Part shown: positions 36,401 through 48,600 of the stretch, one piece after another
How positions within the stretch are numbered: the stretch's first letter is position 1
How the letters are laid out: the number at the start of each line of letters is the position of its first letter
Assembly (NCBI RefSeq): GCF_000143415.4
Contig: NW_003314307.1
Coordinates: 262,922 to 326,921, forward strand
Direction: 5' to 3'
DNA from: Selaginella moellendorffii
Taxonomy: Eukaryota; Plantae; Lycopodiophyta
Length of the DNA: 64,000 bases
Translations under genes and position numbers: made by a program
The notes under the pieces: model-generated
Databases searched by the model: none
Told to the model about the DNA's origin: nothing
What the model saw: only the letters and a program-made list of their open reading frames with translations

Positions 36401-38698
36401 AGGTACAATGGATGAGGGATGTTTTTCAAGTCAGGGCCACGTTTTTCTCATCTCGTCGTCTTCGAAGGGTGCAAGAACGTGCAGAAACCATGTTAAGACA
36501 GTCGGGTGAGGATACGGTCCTAGGTCACGCACTAAAACAGGCTATGGATGTCTTGTATTTTGAGATGGAGACTCGGCCAGATGATTTTCCCAAGATGGTC
36601 CTGGAAGAACAAGCCATCCAGCCTGAGCAGCATATGGAAGAAATGCAGGAGGGGGATGAGGAGCCAGAGAAAGATAATGAGCAGGAAGAGCAAAAGGACG
36701 AAGAGGAGGACAAAGAAGAGGAGGACGAAGAAGAGGAGGACGAAGAGGACTTGGATGGTCCTCACAATGGTGACGATCACAATAACGACGACGACGATGA
36801 TGACGACGATGGCCAGCCTGAAGTGGCCAAAGAGCAGCGGAGGAAGGTCATACAAGACAAACCATCAGGTAAATAATAGTACATCCATTCCTAACCTTTT
36901 ACCATTTCTAACATTGTCCATGTAGGTTGCAAAGCAAATGGTAAGTAGAGATTATTCAATTGAATTAAGATACAAACTCTAGCCTTTAGTGTCGAGGAAG
37001 GATAGTGCCAAGCAAGGTTCAAAACGTATGTCCAATCCTTCAGAATCAACAGTGCGCCCAAGTGATATCGGTCCTAGTTCCTCAATAGCAGTTGATGGTA
37101 AATACAGTATAGTCGATTCAATGTACTAATAAGTTTGTTTTTAGTAGCCAGTAGGGAGGATACCATCTCAATCGAAGGGAGATATTTGGACATGCATATG
37201 GATCCGCCAGTGGACTCTACTTGCCTACAAGAGTTATTAGAGCTGGTGGAGGCTACTATCCATATCAACGCCAAGCAAGCTGACCACGCTCCACTTGATG
37301 CTGCCCATACCACTGAGTCAATCTTGTCCACGTATCCAACTGACGGTGACCAGGTGCCATTGGACCCGCATGAGGCCGCCCCAGCCACCAAGCCGGTCGT
37401 ATCCTCATTTCCAACGGACTCAACGTGTGCCCAATCGTCTGACTACGCGCCATTGAAACCTCCCTACACCGCCCCTGCTGCCTGTTCGGTCATGTCCACT
37501 TTGCCAACGGAGGCACCAGCTGAAATAGCGTGTGATCACACGCCATCGGAACCACCCCATGCCACTGTTGAGCCAGTTGTACCAGAGTCTACAGCTGAAA
37601 TGGCATGTGCCCACACGCCATCGGATGCGATTGACCCCACATTGCAAAGGAGAGTATTTCTGCCCTTCACCTTTCCTCGACCAAAACCCTCTCAACGACC
37701 ATCGGGAGCACCATTCGCTAATATTGTAGATGGTAAAATTGACTTGTACCATTTTTTATGCTGACGCATTTCATTTCAGAGTCACGGCGAAGGTACTGTA
37801 TCGTTTTTGATCTGAACGGTGTCCTTTTCTCCCATGAGCGTGGCTCGTCCTCGAATGTCACTGCACCCTCCAAAGCCTGCGGTCGCAAGTTGGTCAAAAG
37901 AGACAGATTCACATTAATCACACGATAGAAACTGCGGGATCTAATAATGACCATGCGACACTTAAAACAGAGGGCCGGGTTCAATTTGCAATTGGGAGTT
38001 TGGACATCCATGATGCGCCACAATGCATTAACGTTGCTACAGATGATGCACGATCAGACGCGAGTAATATTACCATTTGACTTTCTCCTAACGCAGGAGG
38101 ATTGCTTGACTATGGTCCATGTGAGGGGTAGCAAGCCCATCTTCGTCAAGCCAGAGGCTGTAGTGATGAACCGGACTGCTAGGTCAAGTGAAATCCTCAT
38201 CATCGATGACTCGTCGATTAAAACTGCAGCGAACACGCACACATATGCAGTGCACCCCATCTCTTGCAGTATGGAAACTAGGGAGAAGAAACCGTATGTT
38301 CTGGGGGACCTTGCAGAACGGCTTGGAGCGATGGTGATAGAGAACCGGCCAGTCCAGGAGGTGGCTGCAGAAATCAACCAAATGGCAGATGGAACGGTAT
38401 ATTAGAAGCTATTTGATTGGACAGACACCAGTCATCATTTATGGCATGTATATTGTCTAGCCAAGCACTATCCGCATCTCCATAATCTGCTCAACCGGAT
38501 GGGTTCTTCGACCACTGAACATGAGCGTGGACGTATTAGAGAAGAGATGGCATTACTATTGGGTTTAAATCCTGATAGTGTGGAGAGTGATGAAATTCCA
38601 AGATTATTGTATAGGTGTTGGAGGCAAAAAATAACAGTCTGAGATGGCATGTATTTATTTAAAAATGTAACTTATTATGGCATGGGGTTCCATGCCAT
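30434..38698. repeat. About 20 dispersed copies of a 22-bp palindrome, consensus ATGGCRTG-N6-CAYGCCAT
   Basis: Copies start at 30434, 30750, 30839, 31439, 31599, 31745, 31975, 32054, 32213, 32348, 33124, 33201, 33261, 34538, 36013, 36154, 37525, 37600 and 38677; some are degenerate. Confidence 0.9.
33374..38405 (+). pseudogene. 9-exon ~1540-codon gene: ParB/Srx-like domain + diverged N4/N6 DNA-MTase-like domain + acidic/Pro-rich linker + FCP1/SCP-like HAD phosphatase; 3 premature TAG codons
   Basis: Phase-compatible GT-AG exons 33374-34516, 34571-35885, 35936-36007, 36064-36135, 36185-36868, 36926-36940, 36990-37097, 37145-37732 and 37780-38405 sum to 4623 nt. HAD motifs IVFDLNGVL, GVWTS, TQEDC, KPIFVK, LIIDDS. 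The ParB and MTase calls are pattern recognition only. Confidence 0.65.
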
Positions 38699-41600
38699 TG
38701 TATTAATATTAAAAGACAATTCTTTGAGAGGATTTGCATTATACTAGAAGTGTTATAGCATGTAATTGGAAGTTTACGAAGTTGTTTTATTAATAAGGGG
38801 AAAGTAAAGATTGAATGGGGACTTGGGCTCCACCTAGACTCGGAGCAACTGAGCCAATATTAAAAGGATGGAAAGAAATTGGACGACGATGACAAGGAGA
38901 AGAGAGAGGTGAAGCAGTGGCAGGGGGAGGAGAAGTGATTGAGTAGACATTTCCTTGTTTAAAATAAAATGGCATATGCCTCAATGCAGTTGAATTTTGT
39001 TATATTTATATACTATATAAAGGTTTGGAAACCTTATTTTACAAGTGGGATAATGACAATTCCCACTTTAACGAAATAGAGCTTAGATGCATATATGGAG
39101 GTTGGGTTTGAGTCCCAACCCTCTAGTGCTTGGGTTCGAGTCCCAAATCACTAAGGTGTGGTGATTGTTTGGAATATGAAGACACTCATTTTTCGGTGGT
39201 CATGGACTCTCAGTGAGGAGACTGGTTTGGGCACACTGCCAAGTGAGGGATGCCTCGGAGTCGTGATGCACGGTTAGATTGCTTAGAGTGAAAGCTCGGC
39301 ATATTTAACTTGAACACTTTGGTGCAAAAGGCACCAAGGACGTGGTGAATGAGATGGGAACACCCAGTCTCAGTTGTTATGGATCCTTGGCCGGAAGGGT
39401 TGGCTTGGGCGCACCGCCAAGTGTGGGGGATGCCCCCGGGGTCATAGTCAACAATTTAAAAGGGTCTAGAACACCTAGTTCCTATTGGTAGACCTGTTAA
39501 GGGGTCGAGATGAGATCACCATGTGATCTTGTGGCTAAACAAAGACAAGGTCTTTGTATGGGTTAAAGAATATGGTTCCCAGTTCAAAGTGTTGATTTGA
39601 ACTATTGATGATGGTGTGACTTCATCGAGGTGACCAAGTGAGAAGGACACCAAAAGGGAAATCAATTGTGCCAATACGATGGTATAGTAAGTCCAAGAAA
39701 GTAGTCTCGGGTAGAGACCCATGGAAGGGTCGCAAAGTTGGGCCGTGGACGAAGCCCGGAGCAAAAATTGCTAAAGAGACCTACTAAGGGTGAGCACCCG
39801 CTAGACTTAGCAAAGTAGAGCCTTTGCCATGGAACCAAAAGGATACCTCGAGAATGGAGGTAGTGATCTTATGTTGCTCAATGCAACAATCAATGGATAA
39901 AAGCAAAAGACTAATGGCCAAGTGTGGGCTATAGAGTTCATTGGAAGGAATCCAAATCGCAAAGTTAGGCATGGAACACTAGTGTGTTGAATGTTAACGG
40001 ATTGTGAGAAAGGAAGTGTGCTTCCAAGGATGGATTCTCAAATGCTCTAAGTTGGTAAAAGTGAAAGCTCCAAGGGAGGGAGTGGCGAAGTAGCCAAAGG
40101 ATAGGGCCATGGATAGCTCTAGCACAACTTACGATGGCTAGAACTTGGTGCCAAAAGTGGCATAAAATAGAAACGAGGACGATGGTGCCCTCAAGTGGGG
40201 AGCTTCCTAGGATGGGAAGTGAAGTTGCATAATATGTGTAGTGAAGGGTGTCAAAGACACCAAAGAAATTGACTTCGAGAAGTCAAAATTAAAAAGTTCC
40301 AAGGTGAATTGGTTATGTCAATAGAAGTTGAGACTACTTGAGAATGAGTAGTGGAATTGAGTTAGAGAAGGTGTCTCTAACGGGTTTAGCGAGAACTAAA
40401 CCAATAAAAGGGAGCAAACCACCCCAGGTGGCCGAATGAGTCTCTATGTTGGAGAAACTATGCCCCTTAAAGGATGGACAAGGCATGGTGAGCCTTCAGG
40501 GTCAAACCATAGACAAATATTAGCTGAGTGCCAAGGATGGAAATGGTAATACTTGCGGGTGTTACTTTATAAAAGGGTTTACCGTTCGATGAAGACATCG
40601 AGCTTCGTCTATGGGTGGTGGAGTTGTGAGACACAAATCCATAAGCCCCAAAGTGGAGCCAAAAGGGTGCACGTGGTAGTGGCCGAAGCAAAAGCCAAAC
40701 AAGCGTAACACATTTGGACTAAAAAGCTCTGACTTGAAAGGTTGAGAGCGGGAGTGGAACTCCCAACGGAATGCTCAAGGAACGAGCATGAAGCAAGCAA
40801 TAAGCAAGGCTCCAAAAAGGGACCCAAAAGAACCAACACATGACACGTGGAAGTGTCCATGATGGAGTCCGAGATAGACTTGAGTTGGAGTCCGAGGTGG
40901 AGTCCGAGATGGATTGAGATAGAGTCTGAGATGGAGTCCGAGATGGACCCGAGATGGAGTTCGAGATGGACCCAAGATGGAGTCCGAGATGGACCCGAGA
41001 CGGAGTCCGAGATGGAGTCTGAGACGGAGTTCGAGATGGAGTCCGAGACGGAGTCCGAGATGGAGTCCGAGATGAACCCGAGATGGAATCCAAGATGGAG
41101 TCCGAGAAGGACCCGAGACCGAGACCGAGACCGAGATCGAGACCGGGACCGAGACCGAGACCGGGCCCGAGCCCGAGTCCGAGTCCGAGTCCGAGTCCAA
41201 GTCCGAGTCCAAGTCCGAGTCCGAGTCCGAGGCCGAGTTCGAGTCTGAGAGGGTGAAAGCCCAAAGCGTTCGTCTCCCAGACCCTGGGGGGTTTAGTGAG
41301 CTCCAAAAGTATAGTAAGGGGGAGGACTGCAGTGGAGCTAGTTTGGCCAAGAAAGGCCAGTTTGGCCCAAGAAGGCCAGACCTAGTGTTGGGTAATGAAC
41401 TGACCGCTAGAATGTCCAAGACTAGAGTGAATACGGACCGACAAGCGGGGTAGCTTGGTGAAATGTTCAAGAGCCGGCTCTAGTTCCCCCGGGAGATCGA
41501 CTGGCCAATGCTCCCAGTCCAAGTGTGGGTGGCACTACCTACTTGGATACCTGGTGTGGCCCAACGGAACCTCACTCTCAGCCCATGGCTAGAGCACCCA

Positions 41601-42878
41601 AAGGCAAAAGGTGGAGAGAGTACCCACAAGGCTTACGTAAGGCCACGGTGTTCCGAAATGTTGTCCCAAAGGTCCAGACTGTGGAAAAGAAGAGGAGTAG
41701 TCCTCTGGTGTAGTGACCAAGGATACAGTCGTCCGGTGAGGAAGTCCCAGAGGACCGTGGGACTTAGTGGTCGGGCTTGTGGGCCCTGATCCAGTGGCAG
41801 TGTTGGCGAACACGGTCAAGGACAGAAAGGGACTTGGTGGGGACCAGAAAGGAGATATTGGGGAAGGCTATTCCCTATGTTTGCGGGCATCCTAAGGATG
41901 CTAAAGAGTGGTTCTGGGATGACCACTCATGGATAGACGACCTAGTCTTGGAGAGACAGGATTGCAATGCAGGTGGTGTTGGACCACCGATGTGACCAAG
42001 GTGATTGAGCATGGCCTAGCGTAACAGGCTGGTATGTTGGTGGTGTCTTGGGGTGTCAGTCATGGGACCGGACACGTAGAGCACTTGGACCAAGTATAAA
42101 GGTTGAGTGGCATGGATGCCATTCTCGGGGCTAGCAAGCCCTAAGTCCTGAATGGGACTTATGGAGGTTGTTAATGAGACTCTTCCAAGTGGTCGGAGGT
42201 GTGGTTAAGTGACTAAAGTAGAATGGAAAAATTTAGTCAGTTACAGGGAGGTTATCCAACCCAGTACTATTCAAGCCCAAGTATCCCAAGACCTTTAATT
42301 GATTAGAAAAGGGGGTGCACTTTTATTCATGGGCCATTTCCTTCTATATTTGAATCCCATGGACCGTTTCTCAAGTAATTCTCTTTGGTTGCTTATACAA
42401 GACTCTAATCTTTTGCTAAAACTTTTAGTCAATATAGTCAATTTTAACTATTAATATAGTAAACCAATGCTTTATATTCGGGGAAGAAACAATCATTGTC
42501 GTGATAATTATAAAGTTAAAAGACTTTATAATTTTTTCCCCCACCCCTCCTTTACTTTAATGGTTATGTGTAACCATGTTTTTGATATGCTAGGAAAGGC
42601 TATACATAACTTTTTTTTCTCCACATCATAATGGATTAGGGCACCATTTTTTTTTTCCCTAAATTGAGCACACATTATGCTATGGATTAACAATTCTTCC
42701 TTAGTGATCATTTCCTATATGCTTTTGAGATTGTGATGAAGTATTTAAATTTGGTAGAGTTGTTCTTTCTAAAAAAGGAGGATATGATCTTAGTTTTAAT
42801 CTTAAGAAAGCTTTTATTCATTCAAATCATGGCAAAAGCAATTGCTATAATGCTTTCCATACCATGTCCCACTAAAAC

Positions 42879-43190
42879 TTCATTTGTTGAGAGAGTGATT
42901 ATTAAAAAGGAGCTACTAAGGATATCAATTGGTGCATACTACATCAAGTCAAGAAGTCTCTATTGGTGGTATTAGACAAAGCTTAAGGTTCTCCATATAA
43001 ATCCACAAAGATTTAAAAAAATTTAGGTTTCATAATCTATATTCATTTGTTGAAAGAGTAATCACTAAAAAATACTCCTAGGGCTATCAATTGGTGCATA
43101 TTACATCAAGTTGAGAAATCTCCATTGGTCGTATTAGATACAATTTAAGGTTCTCCATATAGATCCACAAAGATTTAAAAAATTTCAAGT
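42879..43190. repeat. Diverged tandem duplication, period ~163 bp
   Basis: TTCATTTGTTGA.AGAGT...ATCAATTGGTGCATA...TTAAGGTTCTCCATATA.ATCCACAAAGATTTAAAAAA occurs at 42879 and 43042. Confidence 0.85.
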
Positions 43191-44567
43191 TTAGTATCTA
43201 CATTCACTTTTCGTTGTGATGAATTTGCTCCAAAATTAAATAGTAAAGATTTTCAAGTTTCAATATCTAAACTTACTCCAAAAGTGGATAAGAGGCCTCT
43301 GTAAGCTCCTAAATTTTGACTTCCCATGAAGTCATATATCTCAGTACTATTCAAACCCAAAATGTTTAATCTCAAGTATCTTAAGACCCTTAACCAATTT
43401 GAAAAAGGGGTGCATTTTATTTATGGGCACTTTCCCTTTATATTTGAACCCATTTCGAGTTGTTCCCTTAGTTGTTTACAATCCATCAAGCTTCTTTACA
43501 AGTTCATGCCCTTGTAAACAGAAGCTAAAAACTACAGCTCTACTCTCTTAACACCTTACCTCTCGAGTCAAGCCCAACCGAAGCAAATTAGACCTACCAA
43601 ATGTCAATCAAATATTCTCTAATATCAAATGTAAACTCTTGAATTTAGACTTCTCAATAAGTCACCCATCCCAATGTTATTATTTATTTAACTGTGAGAC
43701 ACAAAATCCCTAGGCCCCAAAGTGGAGTCGAAAGGGTGCCACGTGGTAGTGGCCGATGCAAAAGCCAAACAAGCATAACACGTTTGGACTCAAAGATCCG
43801 ACTTGAAAGGTCAAGAGTGGGAGTGGAACTCCCAACAAAGTGCTTGAGGAACGAGCACGAAGTGAGCAATAAGCGAGGCTCCAAAAAGGGACCCAAGATG
43901 GAGTCCGAGATGGACCAAGACAGAGTCTGAGATGGAGTCCGAGATAGACCAAGACGGAGTCCGAGACGGAGTCCGAGATGGAGTCCGAGATGGACCCGAG
44001 ATGGAGTCCGAGATGGACTGAGACGGAGTCCCAGATGGAGTCCGAGATGGACCAAGATGGAGTCCGAGATGGAGTCCGAGATGGAATCCGAGATGGAGTC
44101 CGAAAAGGACCCGAGATGGAGTCCGAGGTCGAGACCGAGACCGGGATCGAGACTGAGACCGAGACCGGGATCGAGACTGAGACCGAGACCGGGATCGAGA
44201 CTGAGACCGAGACTGAGACCGGGACCGAGACCAAGACCGAGACTGGGGCCAAGACCAAGACCGAGATCGGGACTGAGACCGAGACCGAGGCCGAGGCTGA
44301 GATCAAGCCCGAGCTCGAGTCCGAGTCCGAGTCTGAGTCTGAGAGGGTGAAAGCCCAAAGTGTTTGTCTCCCAGACCCTAGGGGGTTTGGTGAGCTCCAA
44401 AAGTATAGTAAGGGGGAGGATTGCAGTGGAGCCAGTTTGGCCAGGAAAGGCCAGTTTGGCCCAAGAAGGTTGTACCCAGTGTTGGGTGATGAGCTGCCCA
44501 CTGGGAAGTCCAAGACTAGAGTGAACACAAACCGACAAATAGGGTAGCTTGGTGAAGTGTTCAAGAG

Positions 44568-45645
44568 TGTAAGCGACTAAATTTTCCATTCTACTTTAGT
44601 CACTTAACCACACCTCCGACCACTTGGAAGAGTCTCATTCACCACCTCCATAAGTCCAATTCAGGACTTGGGACTTGCTAGCCCCGAGAATGACATCTAT
44701 GCCACTCAACATTTGCACTTGGTCCAAGTGCTCCACATGTCCAATCCCATGACCGACACTCAAAGGTACCACCGACATGGCAGCCTGTTACGCTAAGGCC
44801 ATGCCCAATCACCTTTGCCACACTGGTAGTCCAATACCACTTGCATCACAGTCTTGGCTCTCCAAGACTAGGCAATCCCTCCGTGAGTGGTCATCTCAGA
44901 TCCACTCCTTAGCATCTTTAGGATGCCCACCGACAAGGGGAATAACCTTCCCCAATATCCCTCTGTCAGTCTCCACTAAGTCCCTTTTTACCCTTGGCCG
45001 TGTTTGCCAACACTGCCACTAGATCGAGGCCCACAGGCCCGACCACTAAGTCCCACGGTCCTCTAGGACTTCCTCACCACACGACTGTGTCCTTGGTCAC
45101 TACCCTAGAGGACTGTTCCTCTTCCTTTCCACAGTTTAGGCCTTTGGGACAACATTTCGGAACACCGTGGCCTTACGCGAGCCACCTAGGTACTCTCCCC
45201 GCCTTCCGCCCTTGGGTGCTCTAGCCATGGGCTTAGAGCGAAGTTCCGTTGAGCCACGCCTGGTATCCAAGTAGATAGTGCCACCCACACTTGGACTGGG
45301 AGCATCGGCCAGTCGATCTCCCGGGGGAACTAGAGCCGGCTCTTGAACATTTCACCAAGCTACCCCGCTTGTCGGTCCGTATTCACTCTAGTCTTGGACT
45401 TCCCAGTGGTCAGCTCATCACCCAACACTGGGTCTGGCCTTCCTGGGCCAAACTGGCCTTTCCTGGCCAAACTGGCTCCACTGGGCTCCAACCCCCACAC
45501 TCTCCCTACTATACTTTTGGAACCCCCCGCAGCCCCCCCCCCCCCTAGGGGACGATCGCTTTGGGCTTTCACCCAACTGCCTGTATTAATATTCGGACTC
45601 GGACTCGGACTCGGACTCGGTCTCGGTCCCGGATTCGGACTCGGA

Positions 45646-45682
<37 letters not shown>

Positions 45683-48600
45683 CCGGTCTCGGTTCCATCT
45701 CGGACTCCATTTTGGACTCCATCTCGGGTCCATCTCGGACTCCATCTCGGGTCCATCTCGGACTCCATCTCGGGTCCATCTCGGACTCCATCTCGGATCC
45801 ATCTCGGACTCCATCTCGGATCCATCTCGGACTCCATATCGGACTCCATCTCGGACTCCACTTCGGACTCCATATTGGACTCCACCTCGGGTCCATCTCG
45901 GACTCCATATCAGACTCCATCTTGAACTCCAGTTCGGACTCCATATCGGACTCCACTTCGGGTCCATCTCGGACTCCACTTCGGGTCCATCTCGGACTCC
46001 AATTTGGGTCCTTTCTGGGTCCCTTTTTAGAGCCTCGCTTATGGCTCACTTCGTGCTCATTCCTCGAGCACCTTGTTGGGAGTTCCACTCCCGCTCTCGA
46101 CCTTTCAAGTCGGAGCTTTTAGTCCAAACGTGTTACGCTCGTTTGGCTTTCGCTTCGGCCACTACCACGTGGCTCCCTTCCGGCTCCACTTTGGGGCCTA
46201 GGGATTGTGTGTCTCACAACTCTACCACCCATAGACGAAGTTCGATGTCCTCATCGAACGGTAAACCATTTTATAAAGTAACACCCGCATGTGTTACCAT
46301 TTCCATCCTTGGCACCTAGCCAATATTTGTCAATGTCTTGACATTGAAGGCTCACCATGCCTTCTCCATATTCGTCAATGGTTTGACATTGAAGGCTCAC
46401 CATGCCTTTTGCATATTCTTCAATGGTTTGACACCAAAGGCTCACCATGCCTTGCCCATCCACTAAGGAGGGTAGTCTCTCTAACTTAGAGACTGATTGG
46501 ACCACATATAGTGGTTCTCTCTTTTTATTGGTTTAGTTCTCGCTAAACCTCTTAGAGACCCTTCTTTAAGTTAATCCCACTACTCCTTCTCGAGTAGTCT
46601 TAATTTCCATCTATTGAACGTTTGTACCTTAGAACTTTTACTCTTTTGACTTTTGGAAATCAATTTCCTAGGTGTCTCCAACACCTTGCATTGCACAGAT
46701 TGTGCAACTCCACTTCTCCATCCTAGGAAGTTCGTTACTTGAGGGCACCATCATCCTCTCTTCTATTTCGTGCCACCTTGGGCATTAAGTTCCATTCATC
46801 ATACTTTGTGCTAGGGCTGTCCATGGCCCTATCATTTGGCTACCTTACTGCTCCCTCCCTTGGAGCTTCCACTTTCGCCAAATCGGAGCAATTCGGAATC
46901 CATCTTTGGAAACACACTTCCTTTCCCGCAATTTGTTAGCGTCCAACACATTAGTGTTCCTCGCCTAACTTTGTCACTTGGATTCCTTCCAAGGGATTCC
47001 ACGGCCCTATCTTGGCCACTCATCTTTTGCTCCTATCCGTTGATTGTTGCACCAAGCAACATCGAATCCCTACCTCCCTCCTTGAGGTATTCTTTTGATT
47101 CCATAGCAAAGGCTCTGCTCTGCCAAGACTAGGGTGTTCACCCCTAGTAAGTCTCTTTAGCATCTTTTGCAGTGGGCTTTATCCACGGCCCAACTTTGTG
47201 ACCCTCCCATGGGTCTCTCTAGAGACTACTTTCCTTGGACACACTATGCCATCGCAATGACATAGCTCATTTCCCTAAGGTGCCTTTCCCACTTGGTCAC
47301 CTTGACCAAGCCACACCATCATCAATAGTTCAAATCACACTTTGAACTAGGAACCTTATTCCTTAACCCAAACAAGGACCTTGTCCTTATTTAGCCACAA
47401 GATCACCTAGTGATCTCACCTTGGCACCTTAACAGGTTTGCCAATAGGTACTAGGCCTTCCAGACCTTTAACTTGTTAATTACGACCCCGGGGGCATCCC
47501 CCACACTTGGCGGTGCGCCCAAGCCAGCCCTTCCGGCCAAGGGTCCATAGCAACTGAGACTGGGTGTCCCCATCTCATTCACCATGTTCTTGGTGCCACT
47601 GGCACCAAAGTGTTCAAGTTAGATATGCTAAGCCACACTAAGCAATCTAACCGTGCATCACGACTCCGGGGCATCCCCCGCTTGGCGATGTGCCCAAGCC
47701 AATCTCCTCATTGAGAGTCCATGACCACCGAAATATGAGTGTCCTCATATTCCAAACCATCACCACGCCCTAGTGATTTGGGACTCGAACCCAAGCACTA
47801 GAGGGTCGGGACTCAAACCCAACCTCCGTATATGCATCTACGGACGGCATCACCCAAGATGCCTGGCGTGACTCCCCACGCCGGTGCACCAACTTATACT
47901 CAAAGCGCGCCATAGATCACAGCTTAGGGACCTAGTTCCTCCACACTGCCAAGTCCTCTCACTTGACAAGTTTGTGATCATGCATGGACTCCTCCATGCT
48001 CGGCCCCATGGCCCACCCTTTTGAAGTTATCACCTTCAACTAGGGTATTTGTTCCTCTGACTTGCCAATCTCGCTTTGGCAAGTCCTCCGACCACTGTAA
48101 TATGGTTCCTGCACAAGCGTGAAAGCCCTTGATCATCGACTTTCGTTCAAGGCCCTCTCTTTAAACACTTGGGAACTACTTCCCTAACTTTGATAGCCTT
48201 GCCTCATAGCAAGCTTCAAGACCACGCTTCTGCTGCACCACTCTGATTTCGCGCGTTCCTTGAACCATTTACGCTTGGCCTTTCTAGGTACTAAGCTACC
48301 TAGAATCCTCTTTGGGAACCTTGAAGGAACTCTGTCCCTTAGCTTGCTAAGGCCTCCCTTTTTGCAAGCTTTCCAACTACCATATAGTCTAACATGGACA
48401 ATTCCATGTTTTAGACTCTTCATGGCATCACGGTTGCTAGCGGCAACACCCTCGAGCCCCCACTTGATTCTCCACTCCTAGCTGGCATAACCAACTTTGG
48501 TTATGCCCTTCAATTCCAATGGTTCGGTTCTATCCCCTTACTTCTTGCTTTTGGCTTCACACCTTTCCTTCGGTCATTCTCCTCCAGACCAAGAGGATAG

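Larger units (their letters stand above)
30210..39082. mobile_element. 8.9-kb TIR-bounded DNA element, no recognisable transposase, inserted in the A1 internal region
   Basis: Perfect 22-bp TIRs GCTCTATTTCGTTAAAGTGGGA at 30210-30231 and 39061-39082. The flanks rejoin to match the uninterrupted A3 sequence (~47820-47880). Degenerate ~8-bp TSD: ATAGATAT / TTAGATGC versus target GTAGATGC. Confidence 0.88.
18481..42245 (+). mobile_element. Large non-autonomous LTR element (LARD-like, family A, copy A1) carrying two nested insertions
   Basis: LTRs 18481-20163 and 40625-42245 (TGTGAG...TTACA). PBS TGGTATCAGAGC at 20167. PPT-like GGGTGGTGGAG before 40625. GGGAG TSD at 18476-18480 and 42246-42250. 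No long ORF in the internal region. Confidence 0.93.
18057..42397 (-). mobile_element. TRIM copy 1 (~570 bp, Cassandra-like 5S-related LTRs), split by nested insertions; pieces 18057-18480 and 42251-42397
   Basis: LTRs of ~180-190 bp (18057-18244; 18450-18480 + 42251-42397) and a 205-bp internal region. Degenerate iMet PBS (TGGTATTGGAGC) and PPT on the minus strand. CAAGA TSD at 18052-18056 and 42398-42402. Confidence 0.85.

Noticed and set aside
30434-38698. CRISPR-like interpretation of the repeated palindromes
   Set aside because: Spacing is irregular (60 bp to over 1 kb), there is no repeat-spacer periodicity, no cas genes are present, and the context is eukaryotic.
46328-46455. Three ~43-bp tandem units in the A3 internal region
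   Set aside because: A local expansion (A1 has about one unit) with no evidence of function.
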